Positions 19,321 through 29,867 are shown, counted from the first letter of the stretch. The stretch: DNA of 64,000 nt from Flavobacteriaceae bacterium (GCA_023257625.1 JALRBW010000004.1:57560-121559); one strand, 5' to 3'. Notes: generated by a model not told the origin, from the sequence alone. Made by a program: numbers and translations.

Positions 19321-20325
19321 TTAGGGCACTTCTACTTCATTAATAATTTGACTAATCAAATCTTCAGAGGTAATATTTTCAGCTTCTGCTTCATAAGTCA
19401 AACCAATTCTATGACGGAGTACGTCATAAATAACGGCACGAACATCCTCAGGAATTACATATCCCCTGTGTTTTAAGAATGCATGGCATTTAGCGGCAGT
19501 AGCTAAGTTGATACTCCCCCTTGGAGATGCTCCAAAACGTATTAAGGGTTTAATAGAATCGAGCTTGTAATTTTCGGGATATCTAGTGGCAAAAACCAAA
19601 TTAAGTATATAGTTTTCAATTTTTTCATCCATATAAACCTCTCTAACGGTTTCTTGAGCAGTTAGAATTTGTTTCACACTTACAACCGGTTTGATTTGCT
19701 GAGATTGACGGTTTAAATTATTCCGAACAATGAGTTGCTCTTCGTCTAATTTAGGGTAATCTATTACCGCTTTTAACATAAAACGGTCAACTTGAGCTTC
19801 TGGTAAGGGATAGGTTCCTTCTTGTTCAACCGGGTTTTGAGTTGCCATTACTAAAAAAGGAACGTCCAATTGAAATGTTTTATCGCCAATAGTTACTTGC
19901 CTTTCTTGCATGGCCTCTAATAGTGCGGATTGAACTTTAGCAGGTGCTCTATTTATCTCATCCGCAAGAACAAAATTTGCAAAAACAGGACCTTTTTTGA
20001 TTGAAAAGTCATTTTCCTTTATGTTGTATATCATTGTTCCCACTACATCTGCAGGGAGTAAATCTGGGGTAAATTGAATCCGACTAAAACTTCCTTTTAC
20101 TGCTTGACTAAGACTGTTAATGGCAAGTGTTTTGGCTAAGCCAGGCACCCCCTCTAAAAGAATGTGTCCTCTTCCTAATAATCCAATGAGCAAACTTTCT
20201 AACATATGCTTTTGACCAATGATAACCTTATTCATTTCGAGGGTTAATAGGTCTACAAACGCACTTTCCTTTTCAATTTTTTGATTAATTGCTTTGATAT
20301 CAATCGTAGTAGATGTCGTATTCAT
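19321..20325 (-). CDS. MoxR family AAA+ ATPase
   Basis: Walker A GVPGLAKT, Walker B FVLADEINRAPAK, ATQNP and GASPRG motifs. Confidence 0.93.
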   Translation of the reverse strand: MNTTSTTIDIKAINQKIEKESAFVDLLTLEMNKVIIGQKHMLESLLIGLLGRGHILLEGVPGLAKTLAINSLSQAVKGSFSRIQFTPDLLPADVVGTMIYNIKENDFSIKKGPVFANFVLADEINRAPAKVQSALLEAMQERQVTIGDKTFQLDVPFLVMATQNPVEQEGTYPLPEAQVDRFMLKAVIDYPKLDEEQLIVRNNLNRQSQQIKPVVSVKQILTAQETVREVYMDEKIENYILNLVFATRYPENYKLDSIKPLIRFGASPRGSINLATAAKCHAFLKHRGYVIPEDVRAVIYDVLRHRIGLTYEAEAENITSEDLISQIINEVEVP

Positions 20326-20574
20326 AGATTTTTTTCTTTTTTTACGGATTGCAAATTTGAAGAATTAAAGCCCGTATCCTTGTTAACATTTGGTTAAAAA
20401 TTAGAGGGATTCCCTTGGTAAAAGCCTTTAATTGTTCCTATTTTTAGGATGAAAATAATGTATTTTATTTATTTACACCCAAGTTATAACATTAATTCAA
20501 AAGGGTAAAATTGTTTCTAAAATGCAACAAAAATTTAAACTCTTCATCATCGTACACTTACATAAATTATTCAC

Positions 20575-21327
20575 ATGATAGACAAAATTGTTTTAATCAC
20601 AGGAGCCAGCAGTGGGATTGGCTGGGCTACAGCAGAAGCCTTTTCAAAACAGGGTGCCAAAGTGATTCTTTGTGGTCGTAGAGAGCATAAACTTAAAGAA
20701 CTTGCTCAAATACTTCCGTCAACAAGTTATATTTTAAACTTTGATGTTAGGGATAAAAAGGCAGTTTTTTCTGCTATTGAAAGTTTACCAAAATCTTGGA
20801 AAAAAATTTCAATTTTAATTAATAATGCTGGAAATGCACATGGTCTTGATCCTGTTCAAACAGCCAGTTTAGAGGACTGGGAAGCTATGATAGATAGTAA
20901 TGTAAAAGGACTATTGTATGTTACTAAAGCCGTTTTACCCGTAATGATAGAGGCTCAAAAAGGGCATATCATTAATTTAGGCTCCATAGCTGGAAAAGAA
21001 GTCTACCCCAATGGAAGCGTATATTGTAGTAGTAAATATGCTGTAGATGCCTTTTCGCAAGGCCTTAGAATAGATTTAAATACTTTCGGAATACGAGTGG
21101 GTTGTATTCACCCTGGAATGGTTGAGACAGAATTTTCTAATGTCCGTTTTAAAGGAAATGTTGAACGAGCCCAAAAAGTGTATCAAGGAGTTAAACCCTT
21201 AACTGCAGAAGATATTGCAAATGCAATTTTATATATGGCGCTAGCACCCGAACATATTAATGTTGCAGATATGCTTATTCTTCCTACTCAACAAGCAAAT
21301 GCCTATATTTTAAACCGTAAAAATTAG
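20575..21327 (+). CDS. SDR family NAD(P)-dependent oxidoreductase (YdfG-like)
   Basis: TGASSGIG cofactor motif, NNAG, and the catalytic YCSSK (YxxxK). Confidence 0.88.
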   Translation: MIDKIVLITGASSGIGWATAEAFSKQGAKVILCGRREHKLKELAQILPSTSYILNFDVRDKKAVFSAIESLPKSWKKISILINNAGNAHGLDPVQTASLEDWEAMIDSNVKGLLYVTKAVLPVMIEAQKGHIINLGSIAGKEVYPNGSVYCSSKYAVDAFSQGLRIDLNTFGIRVGCIHPGMVETEFSNVRFKGNVERAQKVYQGVKPLTAEDIANAILYMALAPEHINVADMLILPTQQANAYILNRKN

Positions 21328-21637
21328 CATTATAGCTCCTTTTTATGAAATTTTATTAGTGGCTCATTTCTAAACCTAAAACATTTCAATTATCAATTAA
21401 AATAATCCTATCGCTTGATATTACAAGAAAATATTGCTATAACTAGAGTTTTCAATGACTGGCAATTAGAATCTATAGTGTTTGGGTTCGTTTATACTGT
21501 TAGAATAAAGTATTTCATTTTAAACTGAATATTTTGGAACGTTTTTAAAATTTAACTCTCCTTTTTCAGTCCATTTTTCAATAAAAGAGATTGGTTAAGG
21601 GAAGAATAGTTTTTTACTAACTTTATAAAAACTACAA

Positions 21638-22903
21638 ATGAAAATTAAAACCCTCTTCTTATTAATTTCAATACTCCTACTATCGTGTTCCAAAACTTCA
21701 CTAAATGAAGAAGAAAATATAGTTATTGATACCTCAGAGAATATTGATAACCCCAAATTGAATACCTCATCAACTACTCAAAAAGTGCCTTGTGAAAATG
21801 GATTTGCAGGACTATATCCTTGCAAAGGATTTGATTTGATAGCACAACTCACTTTAGCAGAATTGGAGAGTGAATCTGCCAATGACAATTGGGGATGGAC
21901 TGATCCAGAAACAGGAAAGGAATATGTTTTGTCTGGCCTTAATAATGGAACTGCATTTGTAGATATATCTGATCCTGAGAATCCTCTTTACTTGGGGAAG
22001 CTTCTCACCACATCAGAGCCAAGTATTTGGCGTGATATTAAAATATTTAAAAATCATGCTTTTGTAGTAAGTGAAGCCGCTCAACATGGCTTACAGGTTT
22101 TTGATTTAACTCGTTTACGCAATCAAACATCACCTCAGAACTTTTCTGCAGATAGTACCCTAACCGATTTTGGAAGTGCCCATAATATTGCCATAAATGA
22201 GGCCACAGGTTTTGCCTATGTTATCGGATCTCAACTTTACAATGGAGGGCCTGTATTTATTAATATTAACGATCCTAAAGATCCTAAAATTGTAGGGGGA
22301 TATGGAGCGTCTTCTTACACACATGATGCACAAATAATTTTGTATAGTGGCCCAGATATAGACTATAAGGACAAAGAAATTTTGTTTGGAAGTAACAGTG
22401 ACGGCGGAGAAAACAATCAAGTAATAATTGTTGATGTAACCGATAAAGAAAACCCTAAATTAATTAATAGTTTTACCTATTCTAATGGAGGATATACTCA
22501 TCAAGGAATACTCTCAGAAAATCAACAGTACTTTTTTTTAGGAGATGAATTAGATGAAATTCGGTTTGGTGTAAGCACCCACACCCGTGTTTTTGACCTC
22601 ACCGATTTGGATAATCCACAACTCCACTTTAATTATTTCGCTGATGTTCAGGCAATAGACCATAACGGCTATACCCATAAAAATAAATTTTATTTAGCAA
22701 GTTATTCTGCAGGAATGCGTGTTATTGACATTAGTAAAATTGAGGATAAAGAAATGGCTGAAATTGGTTTTTTTGACACTTTTAAAGAACACAACAATCC
22801 CACATTTGATGGGGTTTGGAATATATATCCCTATTTTGAAAGTGGTATCATTGCTTTAAATGATATAAATTCTGGTTTATTTTTAGTTAAAGCTTCTGAA
22901 TAG
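21638..22903 (+). CDS. Choice-of-anchor B / LVIVD-repeat family lipoprotein
   Basis: Lipobox LLLSCS. CENGFAGLYPCKGFDL...NDNWGWTDPETGKEY...AFVDISDPENP matches my recollection of the choice-of-anchor B domain. No C-terminal sorting domain. Confidence 0.65.
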   Translation: MKIKTLFLLISILLLSCSKTSLNEEENIVIDTSENIDNPKLNTSSTTQKVPCENGFAGLYPCKGFDLIAQLTLAELESESANDNWGWTDPETGKEYVLSGLNNGTAFVDISDPENPLYLGKLLTTSEPSIWRDIKIFKNHAFVVSEAAQHGLQVFDLTRLRNQTSPQNFSADSTLTDFGSAHNIAINEATGFAYVIGSQLYNGGPVFININDPKDPKIVGGYGASSYTHDAQIILYSGPDIDYKDKEILFGSNSDGGENNQVIIVDVTDKENPKLINSFTYSNGGYTHQGILSENQQYFFLGDELDEIRFGVSTHTRVFDLTDLDNPQLHFNYFADVQAIDHNGYTHKNKFYLASYSAGMRVIDISKIEDKEMAEIGFFDTFKEHNNPTFDGVWNIYPYFESGIIALNDINSGLFLVKASE

Positions 22904-22904
22904 T

Positions 22905-24242
22905 ATGCAAAGGTGTGTGTGTGTTTTATTTCTTTTGACCACCTTTTGTACACCTACTTTTGATACAGATTGGACCTTCTTGCCGCCCGTGCAAGGACAA
23001 TGGAAAACAGTAATTACATTTGGAGGAACAAATGAAGATTTTGCGCATGGTGTGATATCTACATCAGATGGAGGGTTTGCAATTGTGGGAAATACAGAAA
23101 GTACAGACGGTGACTTTAGTCAAAAAACCCGTTTAGGAAGTGATCTTTTTCTTATAAAATTTGATGTAAATGCGAAGCAAGAATGGATAAAAACTTATGG
23201 CGGTACTGATGATGATCGTGGCTATCGAGGGATTGAGTTGTCGGATGGTGGTTTTGCCCTTATAGGATATAGTAAAAGTAATGATGGTGATGTTTCCAAT
23301 AATGAAGGTCAACATGATAATTGGTTAATTAGGACCAACTCTAAAGGTGAGATTTTATGGGAAAAAAGTTTCGGGTTTTTAGGACATGATCATGCCTATT
23401 CTATCCTAGCCACTTCTGATGGCGGATTATTTTTTAATGGTTTTTTAGATGTTACCGCTTCAAACGGTGCAGGTCAAGATGGAAAATCAAGTAGGCTAAA
23501 TCAAAAGCATGGAGTAGGAGAATTTTGGTGCCATAAAGTTGATTCTCAAGGAACACTAGAATGGCGTCGCTATTTTGGAGGAACCAACAATGATCGATCC
23601 CATGACGCCATTGAAACTTCACAGGGAGATTTCGTTTTAGTTGGAACTAGTGAAAGTCAAGATGTAGACATTTCATCCCCAAAGGGTAGCTATGACTTTT
23701 GGGTGGTTAAATTGAATTCAAAAGGAAAGCTTTTATGGGAAAAGTCAATTGGTGGAAGCCTTTATGATAGTGCGGAAGCTATTGCCGAAAATATTGAAGG
23801 AGACTATGTGATTGTAGGTCAATCATACAGTAATGACGGTGATGTTCAAAAGCCTTTAGGTTCATCAGATATCCTAATTGCTACTCTTTCCAAAGAAGGA
23901 AACTTAAAATCAATTCGATCTTTGGGCTCACTAGGCTTTGAAACTGCTTTAGATCTAGATATTCGTCCTGATGGAACAATGTTAATAATTGGCCATCAAA
24001 CTTCTCAAAATTTGATCAATAATCAAATTCCACTACAAAATGATGCGGTGCTCTTTTATACTCTACCCAATGGATCAGAAATAAACCGCTATACTCTCTC
24101 AGGCTCCGGTGTAGACATTGCATATCAACTTGCGCTTCGTGAAGATGGTAGCACACTAGTGGTGGGGTCTACAACTAGTAGCAATGGAGATTTTAAAATC
24201 AACCAAGGAGGTACTGATGGATTTGTTGCAATATGGCATTAG
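22905..24242 (+). CDS. Secreted repeat protein, probably a 7-bladed beta-propeller
   Basis: Seven repeats of about 58 aa following the pattern [FY]GG[ST]xxDxxxxxxxTxDGGFxxxGxTxSxDGD...W[IE]K. Starts 2 nt after the upstream gene. Cys-containing signal sequence LLTTFC. Confidence 0.7.
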   Translation: MQRCVCVLFLLTTFCTPTFDTDWTFLPPVQGQWKTVITFGGTNEDFAHGVISTSDGGFAIVGNTESTDGDFSQKTRLGSDLFLIKFDVNAKQEWIKTYGGTDDDRGYRGIELSDGGFALIGYSKSNDGDVSNNEGQHDNWLIRTNSKGEILWEKSFGFLGHDHAYSILATSDGGLFFNGFLDVTASNGAGQDGKSSRLNQKHGVGEFWCHKVDSQGTLEWRRYFGGTNNDRSHDAIETSQGDFVLVGTSESQDVDISSPKGSYDFWVVKLNSKGKLLWEKSIGGSLYDSAEAIAENIEGDYVIVGQSYSNDGDVQKPLGSSDILIATLSKEGNLKSIRSLGSLGFETALDLDIRPDGTMLIIGHQTSQNLINNQIPLQNDAVLFYTLPNGSEINRYTLSGSGVDIAYQLALREDGSTLVVGSTTSSNGDFKINQGGTDGFVAIWH

Positions 24243-24304
24243 AACTGCTAATTTCTCTATAGTGTAAAACAATAGTAAAACCGATTAAATCGATTAAAAG
24301 TCGC

Positions 24305-24312
24305 TATATTTG
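24305..24312 (+). promoter_or_regulatory. -7 promoter box TATATTTG upstream of the suf operon
   Basis: Exact TAnnTTTG match 30 nt upstream of the sufA ATG. Confidence 0.45.
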
Positions 24313-24341
24313 CGCATTATTTAGACCCATTCTTTATTATT

Positions 24342-24671
24342 ATGATAAAGGTTGCTACATCTGCGAAAGAAAAAGTTTCTGTTTTAATGCGCGAAGAAGG
24401 CTTCGATCCTATTAAAGATTACATCCGTGTGGGTGTTAAAAGTGGTGGATGTTCTGGATTATCCTATGATTTAAAGTTTGATAAAAATTTACAAACAGAA
24501 GATAGGCTTTTCGAAGACAATGAAATTAAAATTTTAGTGGATAAAAAAAGCTTATTGTATTTAGTGGGCACAACATTGGAATATTCAGGAGGACTTAACG
24601 GCAAAGGATTTGTGTTTAAAAACCCTAATGCACAGCGCACCTGCGGATGTGGTGAAAGTTTTTCACTTTAA
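24342..24671 (+). CDS. sufA: Iron-sulfur cluster insertion protein (HesB/IscA family A-type carrier)
   Basis: 109 aa with GGCSG and the C-terminal CGCGESF motif. First gene of the suf operon. Confidence 0.9.
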   Translation: MIKVATSAKEKVSVLMREEGFDPIKDYIRVGVKSGGCSGLSYDLKFDKNLQTEDRLFEDNEIKILVDKKSLLYLVGTTLEYSGGLNGKGFVFKNPNAQRTCGCGESFSL

Positions 24672-24681
24672 AAAACTAAGC

Positions 24682-26127
24682 ATGGCATATACAGAAGAAG
24701 AACTTAAAAAGGAATTAGAAACCAAGGAATATGAATATGGTTTCTATACCGATATCGATTCTGATACATTCCCTAATGGTTTAAATGAAGAGATAATCCG
24801 AAAAATTTCTGAAAAGAAAGGAGAGCCCGAGTGGATGACAGAGTGGCGACTGAAGGCCTATGCATCTTGGTGTAAAATGATAGAACCTGAATGGGCCAAT
24901 GTTACTTATAAGAAACCTGATTTACAAGCTATATCTTATTACTCAGCTCCTAAAACTAAACCAAAATACAACAGTTTAGATGAGGTAGACCCTGAATTGC
25001 TTAAAACATTTGAAAAATTAGGTATTTCCTTAGATGAGCAAAAGAAATTAAGTGGAGTGGCTGTGGATATTGTAATGGATTCCGTTTCTGTAGCTACCAC
25101 TTTTAAAGAAACACTTGCTGAAAAGGGAATTATATTTTGCTCCATTACTGAAGCCATAAAAGAACATCCTGAATTGGTAAAAAAATATTTAGGGACAGTA
25201 GTTCCTCCAAGAGATAATTATTATGCCGGATTAAATAGTGCTGTTTTTACTGATGGCTCTTTTTGCTACATCCCAAAAGGTGTTCGTTGCCCAATGGAAT
25301 TATCTACCTATTTCAGAATTAATCAAGCAGGAACAGGACAGTTTGAAAGAACATTGGTAATTGCTGATAAAGGAAGTTATGTTAGTTATTTAGAGGGTTG
25401 TACCGCTCCATCGCGAGATGAAAATCAATTACATGCTGCGGTAGTGGAATTAATTGCACTTGATGATGCTGAAATTAAATATTCAACGGTTCAAAACTGG
25501 TTCCCTGGAGATAAAGAAGGAAAAGGAGGTGTATTTAATTTTGTGACTAAACGTGGAATTTGTCATAATAGAGCTAAAATTTCATGGACCCAAGTAGAAA
25601 CTGGGTCAGCCGTTACCTGGAAATACCCCTCTTGTATTCTCAAAGGGGACGATTCCATTGGTGAATTTTACTCTATTGCCGTCACAAATAATTATCAGCA
25701 AGCAGACACAGGAACCAAAATGATTCACCTTGGCAAAAATACCAGAAGCACAATTATTTCTAAAGGTATTTCGGCAGGAAAGTCTCAAAATAGCTATCGT
25801 GGTCTTGTCCAAGTTGGTTCAAGAGCACTTAATGCAAGAAACTTTTCACAATGCGATTCACTTTTAATGGGTAATGCCTGTGGTGCTCATACCTTCCCCT
25901 ATATAGAGGCAAAAAATAATAGTGCTCAAATAGAACACGAAGCCACTACCAGTAAAATTGGAGAAGATCAAATTTTTTACTGTAACCAACGTGGGATTGA
26001 CACCGAAAAAGCCATTGCTTTAATAGTTAATGGTTTTAGTAAAGAAGTACTCAATAAGCTTCCAATGGAATTTGCTGTAGAAGCCCAAAAACTATTAGAA
26101 ATTTCCCTTGAAGGATCAGTGGGATAA
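24682..26127 (+). CDS. sufB: Fe-S cluster assembly protein SufB
   Basis: Start moved to [10 protein letters not shown] (ATG 24682); the track's upstream extension overlaps sufA. Typical SufB length, followed by sufC and sufD. Confidence 0.93.
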   Translation: MAYTEEELKKELETKEYEYGFYTDIDSDTFPNGLNEEIIRKISEKKGEPEWMTEWRLKAYASWCKMIEPEWANVTYKKPDLQAISYYSAPKTKPKYNSLDEVDPELLKTFEKLGISLDEQKKLSGVAVDIVMDSVSVATTFKETLAEKGIIFCSITEAIKEHPELVKKYLGTVVPPRDNYYAGLNSAVFTDGSFCYIPKGVRCPMELSTYFRINQAGTGQFERTLVIADKGSYVSYLEGCTAPSRDENQLHAAVVELIALDDAEIKYSTVQNWFPGDKEGKGGVFNFVTKRGICHNRAKISWTQVETGSAVTWKYPSCILKGDDSIGEFYSIAVTNNYQQADTGTKMIHLGKNTRSTIISKGISAGKSQNSYRGLVQVGSRALNARNFSQCDSLLMGNACGAHTFPYIEAKNNSAQIEHEATTSKIGEDQIFYCNQRGIDTEKAIALIVNGFSKEVLNKLPMEFAVEAQKLLEISLEGSVG

Positions 26128-26138
26128 ACAAAAAAATA

Positions 26139-26885
26139 ATGCTTACAATTGAAAATTTACATGCCACTGTAGAAGGCAAAGAAATTTTAAAAGGAATTGA
26201 CCTAGATGTTAAAGCTGGAGAAGTGCATGCAATAATGGGACCCAATGGTTCTGGAAAAAGCACTTTATCTTCTGTCATTTCAGGAAATGAAGACTATCAG
26301 ATTACCAAAGGAAGCTTAGTTTTCAAAGGAAACGATCTTGTTGAATTAGATGCTGAAGAAAGAGCTCATCTAGGGGTCTTCTTGTCATTTCAATACCCGG
26401 TTGAAATTCCTGGGGTAACGGTTACTAATTTCATTAAAACTGCCATTAATGCAAATCGAAAAGCCAAAGGTTTAGACGATATGCCCGCAAGTGAATTGTT
26501 AAAGAAAATTCGTGAAAAAGCACAATTATTAGAAATTGATTCAAAATTTTTGTCACGATCTTTAAATGAAGGTTTTTCTGGTGGAGAAAAAAAACGAAAC
26601 GAAATTTTTCAAATGGCAATGCTCGAACCCGCATTAGCTATTCTAGATGAAACTGATTCTGGTCTTGATATAGACGCTTTAAAAATTGTTGCCAATGGTG
26701 TGAATAAGTTAAAAAGTAAAGAAAATGCAGTAATTATTATTACCCATTACCAAAGATTGTTAGACTATATAGTGCCTGATTTTGTACATGTTCTTTTCGA
26801 CGGAAAAATTGTTAAATCAGGAACAAAAGAACTGGCTCATGAACTTGAGGCTAAGGGATATGATTGGATCAAAGAATTGGCATAA
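26139..26885 (+). CDS. sufC: Fe-S cluster assembly ATPase SufC
   Basis: Walker A GPNGSGKST, ABC signature FSGGEKKR, Walker B ILDETDSGLD. Confidence 0.95.
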   Translation: MLTIENLHATVEGKEILKGIDLDVKAGEVHAIMGPNGSGKSTLSSVISGNEDYQITKGSLVFKGNDLVELDAEERAHLGVFLSFQYPVEIPGVTVTNFIKTAINANRKAKGLDDMPASELLKKIREKAQLLEIDSKFLSRSLNEGFSGGEKKRNEIFQMAMLEPALAILDETDSGLDIDALKIVANGVNKLKSKENAVIIITHYQRLLDYIVPDFVHVLFDGKIVKSGTKELAHELEAKGYDWIKELA

Positions 26886-28204
26886 TGATGGAATTTAAGG
26901 AAAAGTTACTTTCTTCTTATTTGGCTTTTGAAGATGGACTTGATCTGTCAGACTCCGTTCATCAAACTCGTGCCAAAGCGTTGAAAATTTTTGAACAAAA
27001 AGGGTTTCCTACAAAAAGAGAAGAAGCTTGGAAGTATACCTCTCTTGATGCCCTTCTGCAATTAGATTACTCCCTATTCCCAAAAGCAGAGTCTAGCATT
27101 GACCTCAATGCGGTAAAAAAATATTTCTTGTACGATACAGACACCTATAAAGTAATTTTCATTGATGGTGTATACAGTCCTTTTTTATCAAATACTACAC
27201 ATGATGGATTAGATGTGTGTTTAATGTCTGCCGCATTAACAAAACCAAAGTATCGTAAACTAATAGATTCTTATTTTAACAAAATAGCTTCTGAAAAAGA
27301 TAGTCTTACAGCTCTCAATACTTCTTATGCAAAAGAAGGGGCTTATATCTATATTCCTAAAAGTACTGTAGCGGAAAAACCTATTGAAATAATACATTTT
27401 TCATCAGGCATTGAAAGTGCACTTTGGTTACAGCCTAGAAATCTTATTGTTATAGATAAAAATGCTCAAGTTCAAATAATCGAAAAACATCAAAGTTTAA
27501 AAGAACACCCTGTAGTTACCAATAGTGTGACTGAAATTTATGTTCATCAAGATGCATTTGTTGACTATTACAAATTACAAAACGATCTACACTCTGCTTC
27601 ATTGATTGATAACACTTATATTGTTCAAGAAAAAAACAGCCACGCTAGTGTTCATACCTTTTCTTTAGGTGGAAAATTAATTCGTAATAATCTTCAATTT
27701 TTTCATAAAGGAGAACACATTCGCTCAACACTCAAAGGATTGACTATTTTACATGGTCATCAACATGTAGATCACTCAACTTTAGTTCAGCATGCACAGC
27801 CCAATTGTGAAAGCTATCAAGATTATAAAGGAATTTTTGCAGCACAATCAGAAGGTGTGTTTAACGGTCAGATAAAAGTGGATAAAATTGCCCAAAAAAC
27901 AAATGCTTTTCAGCAAAACAACAATTTGTTACTTGATGATAAAGCTACAGTGAATACAAAACCTCAGCTTGAAATTTTTGCTGATGATGTTAAATGTTCA
28001 CATGGTTGTACAATTGGTCAGTTAGATGAAGAAGCTTTATTTTATTTACGCTCAAGAGGAATTCCTAGAAAAGAAGCAAAGGCTTTATTGACTTATGCCT
28101 TTGCTAATAATGTTTTAGAAAGCGTTCAACTCCCCTCACTTAAAAAAAGGATCAATACTTTTATTGCTAATAAATTAGGAGTTAACCTTGGTTTTGACTT
28201 ATAA
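26885..28204 (+). CDS. sufD: Fe-S cluster assembly protein SufD
   Basis: Start at MMEFKEK, overlapping the sufC TAA (TAATG). Position and size are typical of SufD. Confidence 0.88.
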   Translation: MMEFKEKLLSSYLAFEDGLDLSDSVHQTRAKALKIFEQKGFPTKREEAWKYTSLDALLQLDYSLFPKAESSIDLNAVKKYFLYDTDTYKVIFIDGVYSPFLSNTTHDGLDVCLMSAALTKPKYRKLIDSYFNKIASEKDSLTALNTSYAKEGAYIYIPKSTVAEKPIEIIHFSSGIESALWLQPRNLIVIDKNAQVQIIEKHQSLKEHPVVTNSVTEIYVHQDAFVDYYKLQNDLHSASLIDNTYIVQEKNSHASVHTFSLGGKLIRNNLQFFHKGEHIRSTLKGLTILHGHQHVDHSTLVQHAQPNCESYQDYKGIFAAQSEGVFNGQIKVDKIAQKTNAFQQNNNLLLDDKATVNTKPQLEIFADDVKCSHGCTIGQLDEEALFYLRSRGIPRKEAKALLTYAFANNVLESVQLPSLKKRINTFIANKLGVNLGFDL

Positions 28205-29419
28205 ATGTTTGATGTAAATCATATTCGGCAAGATTTTCCAATTTTATCTCGAAAGGTAAAAGGATTCCCCTTGGTTTATTTTGATAATGCCGCTACATCT
28301 CAAACTCCAAAACAAGTTATTGATGTAATTACTGATTATTATAGCAGATACAATGCCAATATTCATCGTGGCGTTCACGCCTTAAGTCAAGAAGCTACTG
28401 AGGCTTATGAAAATTCTAGACACTATATTCAAAACCATTTTAATGCTCTCCATCCCCATGAAATTATATTTACTTCAGGCACAACACATAGTATTAATAT
28501 AGTTGCTTCTGGTTATGCAAGTTTATTAAAGCCTGAAGATGAACTTTTAGTTTCTGCAATGGAGCATCATTCCAATATAGTACCTTGGCAAATGCTATGT
28601 GAAAAAACAGGTGCAATACTCAAAGTAATTCCAATGACATCTTTAGGTACTTTGGATATAGAGGCCTTCGGTACTCTTTTGACCTCTAAAACACGTTTGG
28701 TCTTTGTAAACCATGTATCAAATGCATTGGGTACAATAAATCCTATTAAAACCATAATAGATCAAGCACATCAGGTAGGTGCTCATGTCCTTATAGATGG
28801 AGCACAAGCAAGTCCGCACATCAAGGCAGATGTACAAGCTTTAGATGTAGATTATTATGTAACATCTGCCCATAAACTTTGTGGACCTACAGGTGTAGGA
28901 ATGCTCTATGGAAAAGAAGCATTGTTATTAAAATTACCCCCTTATCAAGGTGGCGGAGAAATGATTGAGGAAGTAACGTTTGAAAAAACCACCTACGCCT
29001 CACTTCCACATAAGTTTGAAGCAGGGACACCTCATATTTGTGGAGGTATTGCTTTTGGAGCTGCATTAAAGTATCTAAACAAAATTGGTTTTGAAACCAT
29101 TGCCGCTTATGAAAACGATCTGCTCAACTACGCCACAGCTGCATTGCTTGCCATAGAGGGATTAAAAATATATGGACAAGCAGACCATAAAACAGCTGTT
29201 ATTTCTTTTAATTTAGAAGGAATTCATCCCTATGATGTGGGTAGTATTTTAGATCAATTAGGCATTGCTGTTCGTACAGGACATCATTGTGCACAACCCA
29301 TTATGGATTATTTTAAAATTCCTGGCACCGTAAGAGCTTCCTTTTCATTTTACAACACAAAAGAAGAGATTGATCGTTTAGTTGCAGGTGTTCGAAAGGC
29401 TCAAGCCATGTTGCAATAA
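28205..29419 (+). CDS. sufS: Cysteine desulfurase SufS (class V aminotransferase)
   Basis: PLP-lysine context SAHKLCGPTG and catalytic Cys in RTGHHCAQP. Confidence 0.95.
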   Translation: MFDVNHIRQDFPILSRKVKGFPLVYFDNAATSQTPKQVIDVITDYYSRYNANIHRGVHALSQEATEAYENSRHYIQNHFNALHPHEIIFTSGTTHSINIVASGYASLLKPEDELLVSAMEHHSNIVPWQMLCEKTGAILKVIPMTSLGTLDIEAFGTLLTSKTRLVFVNHVSNALGTINPIKTIIDQAHQVGAHVLIDGAQASPHIKADVQALDVDYYVTSAHKLCGPTGVGMLYGKEALLLKLPPYQGGGEMIEEVTFEKTTYASLPHKFEAGTPHICGGIAFGAALKYLNKIGFETIAAYENDLLNYATAALLAIEGLKIYGQADHKTAVISFNLEGIHPYDVGSILDQLGIAVRTGHHCAQPIMDYFKIPGTVRASFSFYNTKEEIDRLVAGVRKAQAMLQ

Positions 29420-29435
29420 TTTAATACATTTAGAT

Positions 29436-29864
29436 GTGAATTCAATTGAAGCAAAACAAGACGAAATAGTAGCTGATTTTTCATTTTTTGAAGATTGGAC
29501 ACAACGCTATGAATACCTAATAGAATTGGGAAAATCGCTTCCACTTATTGCAACTGAATACAAAACTGAAGATAATATTATAAAAGGGTGTCAAAGTAAA
29601 GTTTGGGTTCATGCAGAATTAGATCAAGATCGTTTGGTATTTACTGCAGATAGTGATGCTATCTTAACCAAAGGAATTATTGCTTTACTTATTCGTGTGT
29701 TTTCAGGGGAAAATCCGAATAACATTATTGAAGCCAACACTACTTTTATTGATAAAATTGGACTAAAGGAACATTTATCGCCAACACGCGCAAATGGACT
29801 TGTTTCTATGATAAAACAAATGAAACTATATGCAATTGCATTTCAAACTCAACTCAAACCTTAA
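29436..29864 (+). CDS. sufE: Sulfur acceptor SufE
   Basis: IKGCQSKVW motif carrying the persulfide-acceptor Cys. The start is uncertain: the in-frame GTG at 29436 avoids a 38-nt overlap with sufS. Confidence 0.85.
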   Translation: MNSIEAKQDEIVADFSFFEDWTQRYEYLIELGKSLPLIATEYKTEDNIIKGCQSKVWVHAELDQDRLVFTADSDAILTKGIIALLIRVFSGENPNNIIEANTTFIDKIGLKEHLSPTRANGLVSMIKQMKLYAIAFQTQLKP

Positions 29865-29867
29865 ATA

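Noticed and set aside
20326-20574. 249-nt intergenic region between moxR and the SDR gene as a possible small gene or RNA
   Set aside because: The only ORF is 19 codons (MKIMYFIYLHPSYNINSKG). The region is AT-rich with no obvious stable stems. It most simply holds two divergent promoters, including a palindromic CAAATTTG at 20352-20359 that is an imperfect -7 box.
24610-24681. Upstream extension of sufB overlapping sufA
   Set aside because: The extension reads through the sufA C-terminal CGCGESF region in another frame. ATG 24682 ([10 protein letters not shown]) lies 10 nt after the sufA stop and gives a normal SufB N-terminus.
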